From Chiloscyllium plagiosum (lineage: Eukaryota): a DNA stretch of 64,000 nt. Below, in pieces: positions 50,301 through 62,505 of this stretch. The stretch spans positions 58,482,079 to 58,546,078 of the forward strand of contig NC_057719.1 in NCBI RefSeq assembly GCF_004010195.1. Reading direction: 5' to 3'. Below the pieces are notes generated by a model, which was not told where the DNA came from, ran no database searches, and worked only from the letters and a program-made list of their open reading frames with translations. Numbering within the stretch: position 1 is the first letter of the stretch; each line of letters starts with the position of its first letter. A program made the position numbers and the translations under genes.

Positions 50301-51135
50301 TAAATTAATTTCTAAAAAAGTTTTAAATTCTTGAGAGAAGTACTTTATAAGTTTACTATCTTTCATTAGGAAGGGGTCCATACGCCAATACCGAGGGGAT
50401 GTCCCGTTGTTCCTCGCCTTGGTTTCCATATATACAGCAGCGTGGTCGGAAATTGCTATACTACCTATTTTACAGGATGATATGGAATTTAAAAAAAATC
50501 GAGGGGACAAAAAACATATCAATTCTGGTATGACATTTATGTGGATTGGAGTAAAAAGAAAAATCTCTGCCCTGTGGATGAAGACATCTCCATACATCTA
50601 CTCATCCTAATTCTTTGTTCAGATCCACCAATTGTCTAGATCTGGGAGATACTCCTGCAGTACTCTTGGGAATCCTATCTATTTCTGGATCCATAATACA
50701 ATCAAAGTCTCCCCCTATAATTGTATGACGGGCATCAAAAGCCATCAATTTTGAGAAGGCCTCCGTTATAAATTTAAAGGGGTGTGCCGGGGGCCAGTAC
50801 AAATTTAAAATCCCATATTCCTCTCCATTTATAAGGGCTTTAATCAAAATATATCGTCCAGATTCGTCTTTTATCTGATTGAGGATTTTGAAAGGGAAAT
50901 TCTTCCGAACAAGAATAACAGCTCCCCTGCTTTTTGAGCTAAAAGAAGAAAAAAAGGCCTGATCAAATCCACCCTGTCGTAATTTCAAATGTTGTTTATC
51001 CAACAGGTGTGTCTCCTGTAGGAGAGCTATATCAACTCTTTCTTTCTTAAGATTTGATAATATTTTCTTCCTTTTGACTGGGGAATTACTCCGCTTGACA
51101 TTCCAGGTGCACCACTTAACCAACTGATCAACCAT
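47343..51135 (-). pseudogene. L1 ORF2 (APE endonuclease, RT, CCHC), frameshifted
   Basis: TWNVK, LLQETHL, GGDFD, SDHAA, GKAPGPDGF, RQGCPL, LYADD and CLKC...HCLWTC motifs across several frames. Confidence 0.92.
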
Positions 51136-51662
51136 AATCATCCTGGCAAATCCGAGACCCCTCGGGCGTGGAAACCCTATCCAGAATATCCCGAACATAG
51201 AGCATACAAAATTCACGGAAATAAAGGCTCTCTAGTACATTCACAACAAATAATAAAAAACTATTTCTAAATAATTAAAAAATATAAAACGTATTTAAAT
51301 AGAGAATTTCCCCCTTGTTCCCAGGGGTGTCACTTCCTTTCCAAAGGTCCATCGTATCCTCTCCCAACCAATGCCCCACCCTTGACCCAGGCGCTCCTAA
51401 ATAGGATGAGGAGAATTCAGATATAATACAAAGCTAGAGTTAACAGTGAGCACCCTACCCCCACCCACACCAACACCTGGATATATTTGGTAATGTTAAT
51501 ACCATATATAAACATATATAACTATAAAATTACAACCTCAACAAATAATAATTAAATATAATAATATAAAATAACAAGGGAAAACAACCCCGCTGCTAGA
51601 GACAGAGATAAAATAGAATAAGGTAACCACCTCTCCAACCAACATTAACTAAACCCCCGGCT

Positions 51663-51718
51663 TATATACATACACATACATACATACATATATATATATA
51701 CACACACATACATACATA
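51663..51718. repeat. (TACA)n/(TA)n microsatellite in the L1 inter-ORF spacer
   Basis: Visible tandem repeat. Confidence 0.85.
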
Positions 51719-51898
51719 GAATAATAAAATAAACCCCAAGGGGGGGGGAGAAAATCGTTAAATAGAGAACAAATAAATAAATCCCTCTCCTCACCCCCCA
51801 AGATAATATTAAACAGTAAGGTAAGAAAAAAGAAAAAGGAGAGGGGATATAAACCGGAGTGGAGGAAAGGCAAACCAACATCCATTATCTCTTACAAT

Positions 51899-52751
51899 TT
51901 ATCTCAGAGAGTCCAAAAATTCCTTAGCCTTTTCCGGCGATCCGAAGTTATACACGGATCCTTCATAGTTAAAGCGTAGCGTGGCTGGGTAGCGTAAGGA
52001 GTACTGAATATTTAAGTCCCTTAAACACTTCTTCGCCTCATCGAATGCCTTCCTCTTTCGGACCAGAGCTGGGGAAAAGTCCTGGAATAACATGATCTTG
52101 GATCCTTTATAGATCATGGCTTGGGAATCTTTTCCAAGATTTCTAGAGGCTTCGAGGAGTTTCTGCCTCTCCTTATAGCTCTGCAGCTGGAACAGGACCG
52201 GGCGGGGGCGCTGGTTCGAGCCGGGCCCGCGTATTGTGACCTGGTAGGCCCATTCTACCCTTACCTGGCCTGATCCAGCCTCCAGATTTAAAAGCTGTGG
52301 CTGCCACTGCTCGAGAAACGCTGTAAGCTGGCCTTCCTCTTCCCGTTCGGGGGAGCAAACGAATATTTTTTCGACGACCTCGATTATCGAGGTCATCAAT
52401 ATGATTCTCTAACGTCCGGACTCGCTATTCGAGAGTCCGGGCCCGATCCATGGCCGATTGCGCTGTAGTTTCAGAGGTCGCGGCCTTTAACTCTGCCCCT
52501 CCAACTCGGCGCTCGATTTCTTTAATGTCTTGGTCGTGCTTTTGCAGCGCGGCCGAAAGTGAGTCCCATCGACTTCGGGATTCTTCAATAAAAGCGTCGA
52601 TATTCGCATCCAGTTTGGAGATGATTTCCACGAGGCTCGCCACCATAGGTAAGTCCCCAGGGGCAGCTGCGGACGCTTCTGCTGCAACTGGAGAGGGTGG
52701 GGGAGGGGTTCCTGCTTGCTGAGAGCTGTGGGCTCCCTTCCCTTTAGTCAT
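51899..52751 (-). pseudogene. L1 ORF1 (coiled coil, RRM, CTD), frameshifted
   Basis: MTKGKG..., a coiled coil, RPRPVL, and KIMLFQDFSPALVRKRKAF...YSLRYPATL. Confidence 0.9.
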
Positions 52752-52903
52752 TTTTACTAAAGATTAGATTGTTTAAATTTAATACTAAACAACTAATTAA
52801 ATTAAACAGCTATTTTAAATGATTTGGTGAGTGTGGTGGGGGTGGGTGGCCCACGTTGCCCAAGTCTTGGGAGGAGCACTATAGACTCAGACTTGCTGGG
52901 TCG

Positions 52904-52913
52904 CCGCCATCTT
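52904..52913 (-). promoter_or_regulatory. YY1-type motif (AAGATGGCGG) at the L1 5' terminus
   Basis: Exact motif 8 nt from the element start, a position typical of L1 internal promoters. Confidence 0.6.
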
Positions 52914-53679
52914 GGATCCCCTTTTTTTCTCCTTTAGTTTTGTTCTCCTTTACTTACTTCTTGTCCTGAGCTCAGACAGCATTGGTGGGGGCAAGGGATT
53001 CTAGACAAGTGAGCCCCTACTAACTTTTGCTGTGCCACCATGGAACCTGGCATCAGAATCAGCAACTGCTACATCAGCAAGGTCGCTTCTGTGGCAAAAG
53101 ATAGTGCCTGAGGATCGGTGACTTCATTGTTGGTTGGGTCCGGCATAGGCGGCAGCGAGGGGGTGGCGGGGAGAAATGCCCAACACCAAAAGATGATGCC
53201 TGAATAGTGGTGACTGTGACACTGATTGGTGTAGACAGCAGAGAAGTAGTGGAGGACGGATGGAGGCACCGGCATCATTGATGATAAGCAGGCTCAGGAC
53301 TGACTGATGGACTGTCTTTAAGCTATATCTTGTAGCTTTTCTTATTCTTAAACTATTCAAAATGGTGCCAGATCGTAGCTACAGTGGAAAAACTTGTTAC
53401 TGTATTTTACTGTTTTTTTCTCATTTTGAAATACACATGACCATAAAATCATTTTTTCAAATTATGTTTGTAATCAGTATCACCTGAAAATCAAATTAAA
53501 CAGATTGTGCCCTTAATGTTGGATTTAATAGGTAATCAGTTTGGGTGGAGCTGAGAAGGAGCAAAGGAAGAAAGTCATAAAGATCTAAAGAACAGAAAAA
53601 GGAACATTGTGTCCACTTTGGTCAAAAAGGACTACATGCTGAAGTAACTGCTGGCAGTAGTTTACAGGCCTCCGGGAGT

Positions 53680-53976
53680 CTAGATTAAATTCCCCTACAA
53701 TGTGGAAACAGGCCCTTTGGCCCAACACGTCCACACCGGTCCTCCGAAGAGTAAACCACCCAGACCCATTTCCCTCTGCTAATGCACCTAACACTATGGG
53801 CAATTTAGCATGGCTAATTCACCTGACCTGCACATCTTTGTACTGTGGGAGGAAACCCACACAGACACGGAGAGAACGTGCAAACTCCTCACAGATAGTC
53901 ACCCGAGGCTGGAATCGAACCTGGGTCACTGGCACTGTGAGGCAGCAGTGCTAACCACTGAGCCACTGTGCCACCA
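53680..53976 (-). mobile_element. HE1-type V-SINE
   Basis: Minus-strand head GGTGGCACAGTGGCTCAGTGGTTAGCAC, GGTTCGATTCC B box and V-core. Confidence 0.88.
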
Positions 53977-54339
53977 CTTGTGGTTTCTTCATTCATTTGT
54001 TCAGAGGATGGGGGCACCACTGGCTCAGCCAGCATTTATTTCCTACCCCTAATTGTCCTCAGGAAGGTGGTGGTGAGCTGCCTTCTTTAACCATTGCAGT
54101 TCATTTAAACAAAGTTAAAAATTACAACGTAACATGATAAGACAGAGTATAAATCAAGAAATATTGGGGCTTGCGAAAAGGTATTGCAATAATTCAGAGT
54201 TAGCCAATTGATCAAGGTGAGAGAAATTGCGTTGGAGTCGGATTGAGATGGTGAATAACTGGAAATTTGGGATACAGTGGAGCAGAGGGGGAAAAGAGGT
54301 GCTTTCATTCAGGTTTACTGCAAGTAGAGAGGAGTGAAT

Positions 54340-57300
54340 GAAGATGAGGTTGTGTGGGTAGGTGGTATCTTTAAATAGTTATAAATTAGGAAGCATCCAG
54401 AGTAGGGTCAGATGAGTACTTCTATTTCTAGTTTATGTACTAATTAAACTGCTGCTGTCCATTGACTTAAACAAAATAAGGTAGGGAGTTTGTGCTATAG
54501 TGTGTGTTTTCAAGTGAGCAAAGGACCCTTGAGTAATTTGTTTGCATTAAAGGGAGTAATACCAAGCTTCATCTAAAGGTAAATCATGACAGCAGAGCTC
54601 ACACCCATGATGTGCTCTTCCAGTGCAATGTCATGGACACTTCCAATATCCCTGGGTGAACACTTATGCAGGACATGTATCCAGCTGCAACCACTGGCTA
54701 ACTGCATTTCAGAGTTAGACCTATGAAGGGACTCACTGGAGAGCTTCTGCAATGCTGAGGTTATTGCGGATGGCTCACTTAGTGAGGTGGTTGCACTGCA
54801 AATAATGACTTAACAGTCAGAAAGAGATTGGGAGACCACGAGGCAGAGTAGAGGAAGGCGGGTAGTGCAGGCAACTCTTGGATAGTACCCCAACTAACAA
54901 ATATATCATTTTGGATCCTGTTAGGGAAGACAGTTTCTTGGGTACAGCAGCAGAAGCCGAGTCCACAGTACCATGGCTGGCTCTGATTCATAAGCGGGAA
55001 GAAGAAGAGTGTTAGGGCTTTAGTGATATAGAATTCAGAACTAAGGGGAACAAACATGTTACTACGGTTGCAAAAGAGGCGACAGGATAGTGTGTTGCCT
55101 CACTGGTGCCAAGTCTAGGATATCTTGGCAAGGTTGCAGGGCACTCTGAAGAAGGATGATGAACAGTCAGTGTTTATGGTGCATATTGGTACCAATGATA
55201 TTGGTTTAAAGAAAAAGGGATGAAGTCATACCAGCTAAGTGAAGGGAGTTGGGATGTAAATTAAAATGCAGGGCCTTGAGGGTGCCATGTGCTGGTGAGC
55301 GTAGGAATAGCAAGATATACCAAATGACTACATGGCAACAAAGTGGGGAGGGATTCAGATTCATGATATATTAGGATTAATTGTGCAGAAGATGGAACCT
55401 GTACAGAGTGTGTTGCATCTGGACAGGACCTGGATCAACGACATCAGAGAGGTAGAGGAGCTATTTGCTAGTACTGTCAGAGTTTAAATTAGAATGCCAG
55501 CGGTTTGAGAGCCTCATTAGGGAGACAGAGAAGGAAGAAGCCAGAATAGAAATGAAAAACTGAAAAGTAAGAAGCAAAAGTGAATGGTGGAAAAAACAGG
55601 GGTGGAAAAACAAATGAGCCATTGTACAAATTAAACCTAAGATTATCGTAGTTAAAAAGACGAGTCTAAAGACATTATATCTTAATGCATGCAACATTCA
55701 TATAGGTTGCACAAACCAAGTTAGAAATAATACTGTGGATGATGACTTTTTGGAGTATATAAGTCATGGTTTCTTAGATCAATACATTAAGCAACCAATT
55801 ACAGAGCAAGTTAACCTGTACTGGGTATTATGCAATAAGAAAGGATTAGTCAACAAGCTTTTTTATCCTCTGTGGAAGAGTGACTATAAAATGGTAGAAT
55901 TGTTCATTTTAAGATGGAGAGTGAATCTAAATAATGAGGCAAAACTTGGCAATAATGGATAAGGAAACCATACTAAAAAGGTTAACAGTGGATAGGAAAT
56001 GGTTAATATTTAAGGAACGTAAGAATGAATCACAAAACTATTAATTCATTTCTGATGTAAAAATGAAATCAAAGAAGTAGCCCAACTATAGCTTATAAAA
56101 CAAATTAGTGATTGTATTAGAACCAAAGAGAAGACCTATAAAATTGCCAGTAAAAGTAGCAAGCCTGAGAACTTGGAATATTTTAGAATTGAGCAAAAGA
56201 GGACAGAAAGATTATCAACAGGGGAAAAATAGAATTTGAGAGTAAACTTGCAGGGAGCATAAAAACTGATATTTAAAGAAGATTTTACAATGTCAGGCGA
56301 AAAAGTTTAGTGAAGACAAATGTAGCTCTCTTAGACTCAGTGGAAATAATAACAGGGAGCAAAGAAATGGCAGAGGAATTGAACACATTTTGGTTCTGTC
56401 TTCACAAAAGAAGATACACATAATTTCCCAGAAATTTTAGGGAAGCAAGGGTCTAGTGAGAGCAAACAATTCAAGAAAATCAGTTTTAATAAATGCTGGA
56501 TAAATAAATGGGTTTGAGGACTGACTAATCCCATGTCCTGATAATGTGCATCCCACAGCACTAAACAAAGTGGCCCTCAAAATATTGGATGGATTGTTGG
56601 TCATCTTTCAAAATTCTATAAACACTGGTGCAGTTCTACAGATTGGAGATTGGCAAATATAACCCCACTATTTAAAAAAGACAGGAGAGGAAATACAGGG
56701 AATTTCATATCAGTTGGTCTAAAATCTAAGAAGGATGTTGTGAAACTTGAAAGGGCTCAGAAAATATTTAAAAGAATATTGTCAGGATTGGAAGGTTTGG
56801 ATTACAAAGAGAGGCTGAATAGACTGGGGTATTTTCCCTGGAGCATTGGAGACTGAGGCATGACCTTATAGGAATTCATAAAGTTATGAGGGGCAAGGAT
56901 AGGGTAAATAGCCCAGGTCTTTTCCCCAGAGTGGGGAAGTCCAGAACTAGAGGATATAGGTTTAGGGTGAGAGGAAAAAGATTTAAAAGGGACTTGAGGG
57001 TCAACCTTTTCACACAAAGGGTGGGGCGTGATGGAAAGAACTGCCGGAGAAAGTGTACAATTATAACATTTAAAAGGCATCTGGATAGGTATATGAGTAG
57101 AAAGGGTTTAGAGGGATAGGGCCAAATGCTGGTACATGGGACTAGATTAATTAAAGATATCTGGTCAGCATGGACGAATTGGATTGAAGAGTCTATTTCC
57201 ATGCTGTCCAGCTCTATGACTCCATCTCTAATGGGGAAATATTATAGTCTGTTATGAAATATATAATAACAAAGAACTTGGAAAGTATTAATAGGATTAG

Positions 57301-58300
57301 GCAAAGTCAGCATGGGTTTATGAAAGGGAGATCATGCTTAACTAATATCTAATCTAATCTGTAATGTTTGCAGATATAACTATTAGAATAGATACGTGAG
57401 AACTGGTAGATATAGTATACTTGAATTATGAGTAGGCTTTTGATAGCGAACCACAGAAGAGGCTGCAGGGCAAAATTAAAGCACGTGGGATTGGAGACAA
57501 TATACTGGCATGGATTGAGAATCGCTTGGCAGACCAGAAACAACATGGAAATAAATAGTTGTATTTCTGTGTGACAATATTTTGAGTGTGTGGCAAACAC
57601 ATGGCAGATGAAGTATAATATGGATGCATTTGAAGTTATGCACTTCGGTGTGAAAAACAGCAAGACAGAGTATTATTGAATGGTGATTCCTTGGGAAATG
57701 TTGATGTTTAAAGAGATCTTTGTGTCCTTGTACACCATGCAATAAAAATAAACGGGCCTTCATTGAGGAGAATTTGAGTTCAGAAGTAAGGATTTGTTAC
57801 TGCAAGAGGTTCGGAGCATAAAAGTATGCAAGTTTTGTCACAAACGTACTGGACCCAACCTAGACTATGTTTATAGTTTTGGTCTCCTTAATTAAGGAGG
57901 GATATACTTGCATTGGAAGCAGTTCAGAATAGATTCAGTCAGCTGATTGCTGAGATAGAAGGATTGTCTTATAAGGCAAAATTGAACTCATTGGGCCTGT
58001 ACATACTGGAGTTTAGAAGATTGGGTGATGATCTCATTGAAACTTATGACATTGTGAAATGCTTGATGCAGTAGATTTTGAGAAGCTGTCTGCTGCCTTT
58101 GGGGAATTTTAAATGAGGGATATTGTTTCAAAATCAGGGATCTTCCATTCAAGATGGAGATGAGGAAGAATTTATGTTTTTTAAAAGTGTTTAAAATTCT
58201 CTATCCAGGGGACAGAGCAGTGGAGGATTGGTCATTGCATATATTCAAGGCTGAGCTCGACAGATTTTTGATTGACAAAGTCATGAAGACCTAGTGGAAC
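54340..58300 (+). mobile_element. Near full-length, heavily degraded CR1 (ORF1 esterase-type and ORF2) with a nested younger CR1 3' fragment at about 56727-57225
   Basis: ORF1 remnants MTAELTPMMCSS, VCCLTGAK and VHIGTNDI. ORF2 remnants YLNACNI, WRLANITPLFKK and QHGFMKGRSCLTN. Confidence 0.78.
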
Positions 58301-58519
58301 AGTTTGGAAATCAAGAGGGAAATAATGCTGTCAAAAAGACAATATGAGAATACAATGAAAACCAAATGTTTACTACCAGCATACAAATAGTGACCAGGTC
58401 ATAAAGGGTAAAGGGGTATCCATTTGGGTCAAAGAGGATGCATAGAGCAGGAGGGCAAGGCTAGAATATTTCATGAGCACACTGTGTTGGTATTCACCAA
58501 GACAAAGTAAAAACAATGA

Positions 58520-59005
58520 GTAAAAACAATGACTGCAGATGCTGGAAACCAGATTCTGGATTAGAGTGGTGCTGGAAAAGCACAGCAGTTCAGGCAGCAT
58601 CGAGGAGCAGGAAAATCGACGTTTCGGGCAAAAGCCCTTCATCAGGAATACAGGCAGAGTGCCTGAAGAATGGAGAGATAAATGAGAGTAGGGTGGGGCT
58701 AGGGAGAAAGTAGCATAGAATACAATAAGTGAGTGGGGGTGGGGGTGGGGAGAAAGTAGCATTGAATACAACAGGTGAGTGGGGGTGGGGATGAAGGTGA
58801 TAGGTTAGGGAGGAGGGTGGGAGAAGGTCGCAACGTGTACAATGGATGAATGGGGGTGGAATGAAGGTGATTGGTCAAAGAGGAGGGTGGAGTGGATAGG
58901 TAGAAAGGAAGATAGGCAGGTAGGACAAGTCATGGGGACAGTGCAGACCTGGAAGTTTGGAACTGGGGTGAGGTGGGGGAAGGGGAAATGAGGAAACTGG
59001 TGAAA
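58520..59005 (-). mobile_element. Penelope 3' region ending in the family A terminus
   Basis: Family A terminus joined to a C/T-rich 3' region (minus strand) similar in character to those following the GIY-YIG ORFs at 21390 and 39360. Confidence 0.75.
58611..58650 (-). ncRNA. Minimal type I hammerhead ribozyme motif, intact core
   Basis: Minus strand TATTC-CTGATGA-A-GGGC-TTTT-GCCC-GAAA-CGTC-GATTTTC, with the GUC triplet ending at 58618. Confidence 0.72.
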
Positions 59006-61239
59006 ACAGAATATTAGTTGATATAGTACAAGCAATGGCTGGATTGAAAATTGATAGGCAGGATTATTCAGAATGCTGGCTGGTCTATGACTCACATCCC
59101 AAATTGCAAAAGAAACTGGAGAGTGGAACACAGACGGACTTACCATAATCTTCCAGTATTTCCTGGAAATGGTGGCAGCAGAGGATTGGAGAATTTCAAA
59201 TGTCACACCTTTGTTCAAGAAAGGGTGTTGTGCAAATTGACATTTTTTGACACTGATCACAGAAAAGAAATGTTCTTCCTCACATTTCCTGCACTTTTTA
59301 AAACCCAAAACATTGCATAATTCCCTTGCATAATCAGTTTTTCCTTGTCTACCTTATTGAAATGTGTTTAACAATATACACCTCCATTAAATCTAATCTC
59401 AATCTTCTCCAATCTAAACTTGTTGCTATAATTCCCAATCCTGGAGGCATTCTGGTAGATCTCCTTTGCACTCTGTTCAGGATGCTCACATAATTGTACA
59501 CAATACTCTGGTTTTATTATTTTATTTGACTCAATAAGAGGTCCAACGTAGCTTCCATGTTTTTGCATGAATGCATTTAGTTATGCAGTTCAAGATGTAT
59601 GCTTAGCTAGCCACATTCTCAAGGTAGCCTGCATTTTAACAGTCAAACTGTGACCCCAGATGCACAATAACATGGCTGACTCCAAACTGTCCTCTGAGCA
59701 GTTAGAGATGGACAATAAATGCTAGTGATACTCACATCCTGTACATGAATAAAAAAAAGTTAACTTTGAAAAGGGAATTGCAGTATACTCTTAAAGCAAT
59801 AAAATTCAGAGAAATGTGGAAAGACCAGTGGTTTGGGATTATTTTGGCAGCTTGTTGTAAAACACTGGCAGGGGCATGATAGGTTACAGCTTCTCTGTAT
59901 GATTCTATTAACTTGTTTTCCAGTGGAGTGTTTTTATATTATTATAGCAGGGAGTTGTGCCAGGCTCTGACTCCCTGTCTTCAACATGGGACCAGATGAC
60001 AATCAGTGCCTTTTGCAGAGCATTCTTACATCCTACCAATAATTGTTGATGATGGTTGAGAATGCTGGGCTGTGAATTTGGTTGGCCTTGTGGACACCTT
60101 TGGGGTAAGAAGCAGGCTAGAGAGTGGAGTCTGAAGGCTTGAACATGAGCTGAAGAAGAGACAGAGACAGAAATCACAAGAAGGAGATTGTGAGAGAGGA
60201 GGAACAGACAGAAGTAGGAATCCAGGAATGGTGAGCTATACCATAGTAGGAGGAATCATCATGAAGCCTCTGACAGCCTGTAGAGCCAGTGAGGGATATC
60301 AGAGCAGATATGCAGCTGTTAGGGACCAGGACAGACTACCCGAACAGCATCTCTGAATCCCAGTAGTCTGGAGATGAGGATGATGCCCTCTGGATGGCAA
60401 GATAATTTGGCTCACACAATTGAAGGGGATTAACAGGAGCTCCACTACCTGTCATTTCTGCTGGATGCAAGATATTTCTGCTCCTTATGGCTGATTTGAG
60501 ACCAGGAATTGAGTTCTCAACAGTTTTCTGGTTTCTGGAGAGTTGGACTATGGTTGTACATACAAATAGGTCTTTTCCGAGATTCAAAGTTTTTGATGTA
60601 TATAAATAAAGATTTGAAGCCAATCAAATAAAAATAATAAAATTTCAGACTTTCCTCATTGACTGTGTACTTAAATCCTGTAATGTAGTTTTACCCCTTT
60701 TATATACATTGTTGTTGTGTAAATCTGTATGCACAAGTTAATGAATTTCATGCTTGTGCTTATTATGTTAAAAATAGCAAGTCTGCTGGTGCTCTACATT
60801 TCATTAGTGGCTATAATTTAAGACAGCTTCATTGATTATTAAGTGTTTTGACATACCCCAGTGCTGTGCAAGGTGCTAGGAAACTGAAAGTTCTTACTAA
60901 CAAATATATCTTTTAACTGAATTAAATGTATTTGATTTGCTAATTTAAAATTGGAGGTATCCAAATTTGAGAAATATATGTTACACTTTCTTATATCTTG
61001 TTATATCATTCTTGGCATGGATAGTAAATGCTAATATTTGTCAACTTGGAACTTGAGTTAGCTGTTTTGAATCTTCATTGACCAAATAATGAAATTCGTA
61101 GCAGTCAACCCAAATATGGCTAAGTGCAATTTCCAAACTCTCTCCTGAAACCTAAAACGTACAAGTTTTGAAAACTTAAGTTTCATAAATGGACTACTTC
61201 AGTTCCATTAGAAGACTTAATTTTAGTAATAGCTATACA

Positions 61240-62505
61240 AGAATTGGAACAAATTTTGAACAACTTAAAACTATTGCAGATATTCCAGAAATCCTTAGAT
61301 TCTGGAAATGTTTTAGCTGACTGGAAAATGCTAATGTAACATCTTTATTTAAAAAGGGAAGGAGACAAACAACTAAGTGTTGGCCACTTAATGGCTGTTT
61401 TTTTGGGAAAATGCTAGTTCTATTATAAAAGATGCAAAAGCAGAGCATTTAGCAATACATAATATGATTAAGCAGAGTTAGCTTGGTTTCATTTCATTCT
61501 TTCAAATCACAGTCCCGAGATAACTTAAGGTTTTATAAAAGAAAGTGACGTCTCAGCTGAGACAATGCATTAAAGGTGTGAAGTTAGAGTCTGTCTGTAT
61601 CCCAACCTTGAGTCAGACTGTTTCTATTTCCAAAGTAGGAATTTATAAAATATCACCTGGGTGTGTGAGTGTGTCTGTCTGAGAGAGGGTGTGTATATGA
61701 GAGAGGGTCTGTGTGAGTGTGATTATATGTAAGAGTGTGTGTGTATATGTGCTTGTGTGTGAACGTGTATAATGTAGTAGGGCCACCTGTAGTGAGACAT
61801 GAACCCGAGATCCTGGTTAAGGCCATCCTCATGGGTACTGAGCTTGCCTATTAGCTCTGCATGTCTGCGTTGTTGCGTATCCCAATGTCTGCCTTTGAAG
61901 ACTTCATTTCAACAGGAATAGGCTATGAAAGTAAGGAGGTTTGGCCTAAACTATATAGAGCACTAGTCAGACCACTGCTGGTACACTGTGAACAGTTTTG
62001 GGCCCCTTTAAACAAAAATATACTAGCTTTGGATGTAGGTTCACATGGATGATTACAGGTTTGGAGAGACTGTCTTATGAGGAGAAGTTGGGTAGGTTAG
62101 GCTTATACTCATTCGAATATAGATGAATGAGGGGTGACCTTCTTGAAACATTGATGATTCTTTGGAGACTTGACAGGGGAGATGTGGAAAAGGTGTGGAA
62201 GAATCAAGGACCAAAAAACATAATTTCAGAATAAGGAGTTGTGCATTTAAGGCGGGTATAAGGAGAAATGTCTTCTCTCAAGGGTAGTGAATCTAATGAA
62301 TACTTTACTGCAGATGCTGTCAAGGTTAATTCAGTAAGTATACTCAAGGCTGAGGCATACATGTTTTTAATCAGTGTGGTAATCAAGTGTTTTGGGGAAA
62401 AAGCAGGAAATGAGTTAAGGATTGTCAGGTCAGCCATGATCTCATTGAATAGTGGAGCAGACTCGATGGGCTAAATAGTGTCCTTTTTCTCTTGTGTCTC
62501 ATGGC
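61240..62505 (+). mobile_element. CR1 fragments flanking a Penelope remnant
   Basis: WKNANVTSLFKKG at about 61320 and GIGYESKEVWPKLYRALVRPLL at about 61920, followed by a 3' UTR. Confidence 0.75.
61495..61900 (-). mobile_element. Penelope-like element C-terminal remnant with TG/GA microsatellite
   Basis: Minus strand reads DTQQRR...KLSTHEDGLNQDLGFMSHY, a typical end of a PLE GIY-YIG ORF. Confidence 0.65.

Larger units (their letters stand above)
46966..52920 (-). mobile_element. Full-length L1-clade LINE (about 5.95 kb), disrupted
   Basis: 5' end GGGATCCAAGATGGCGGCG, ORF1, spacer, ORF2, AATAAA and a short poly(A). A possible TSD is CTTTTTTT. Confidence 0.93.
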
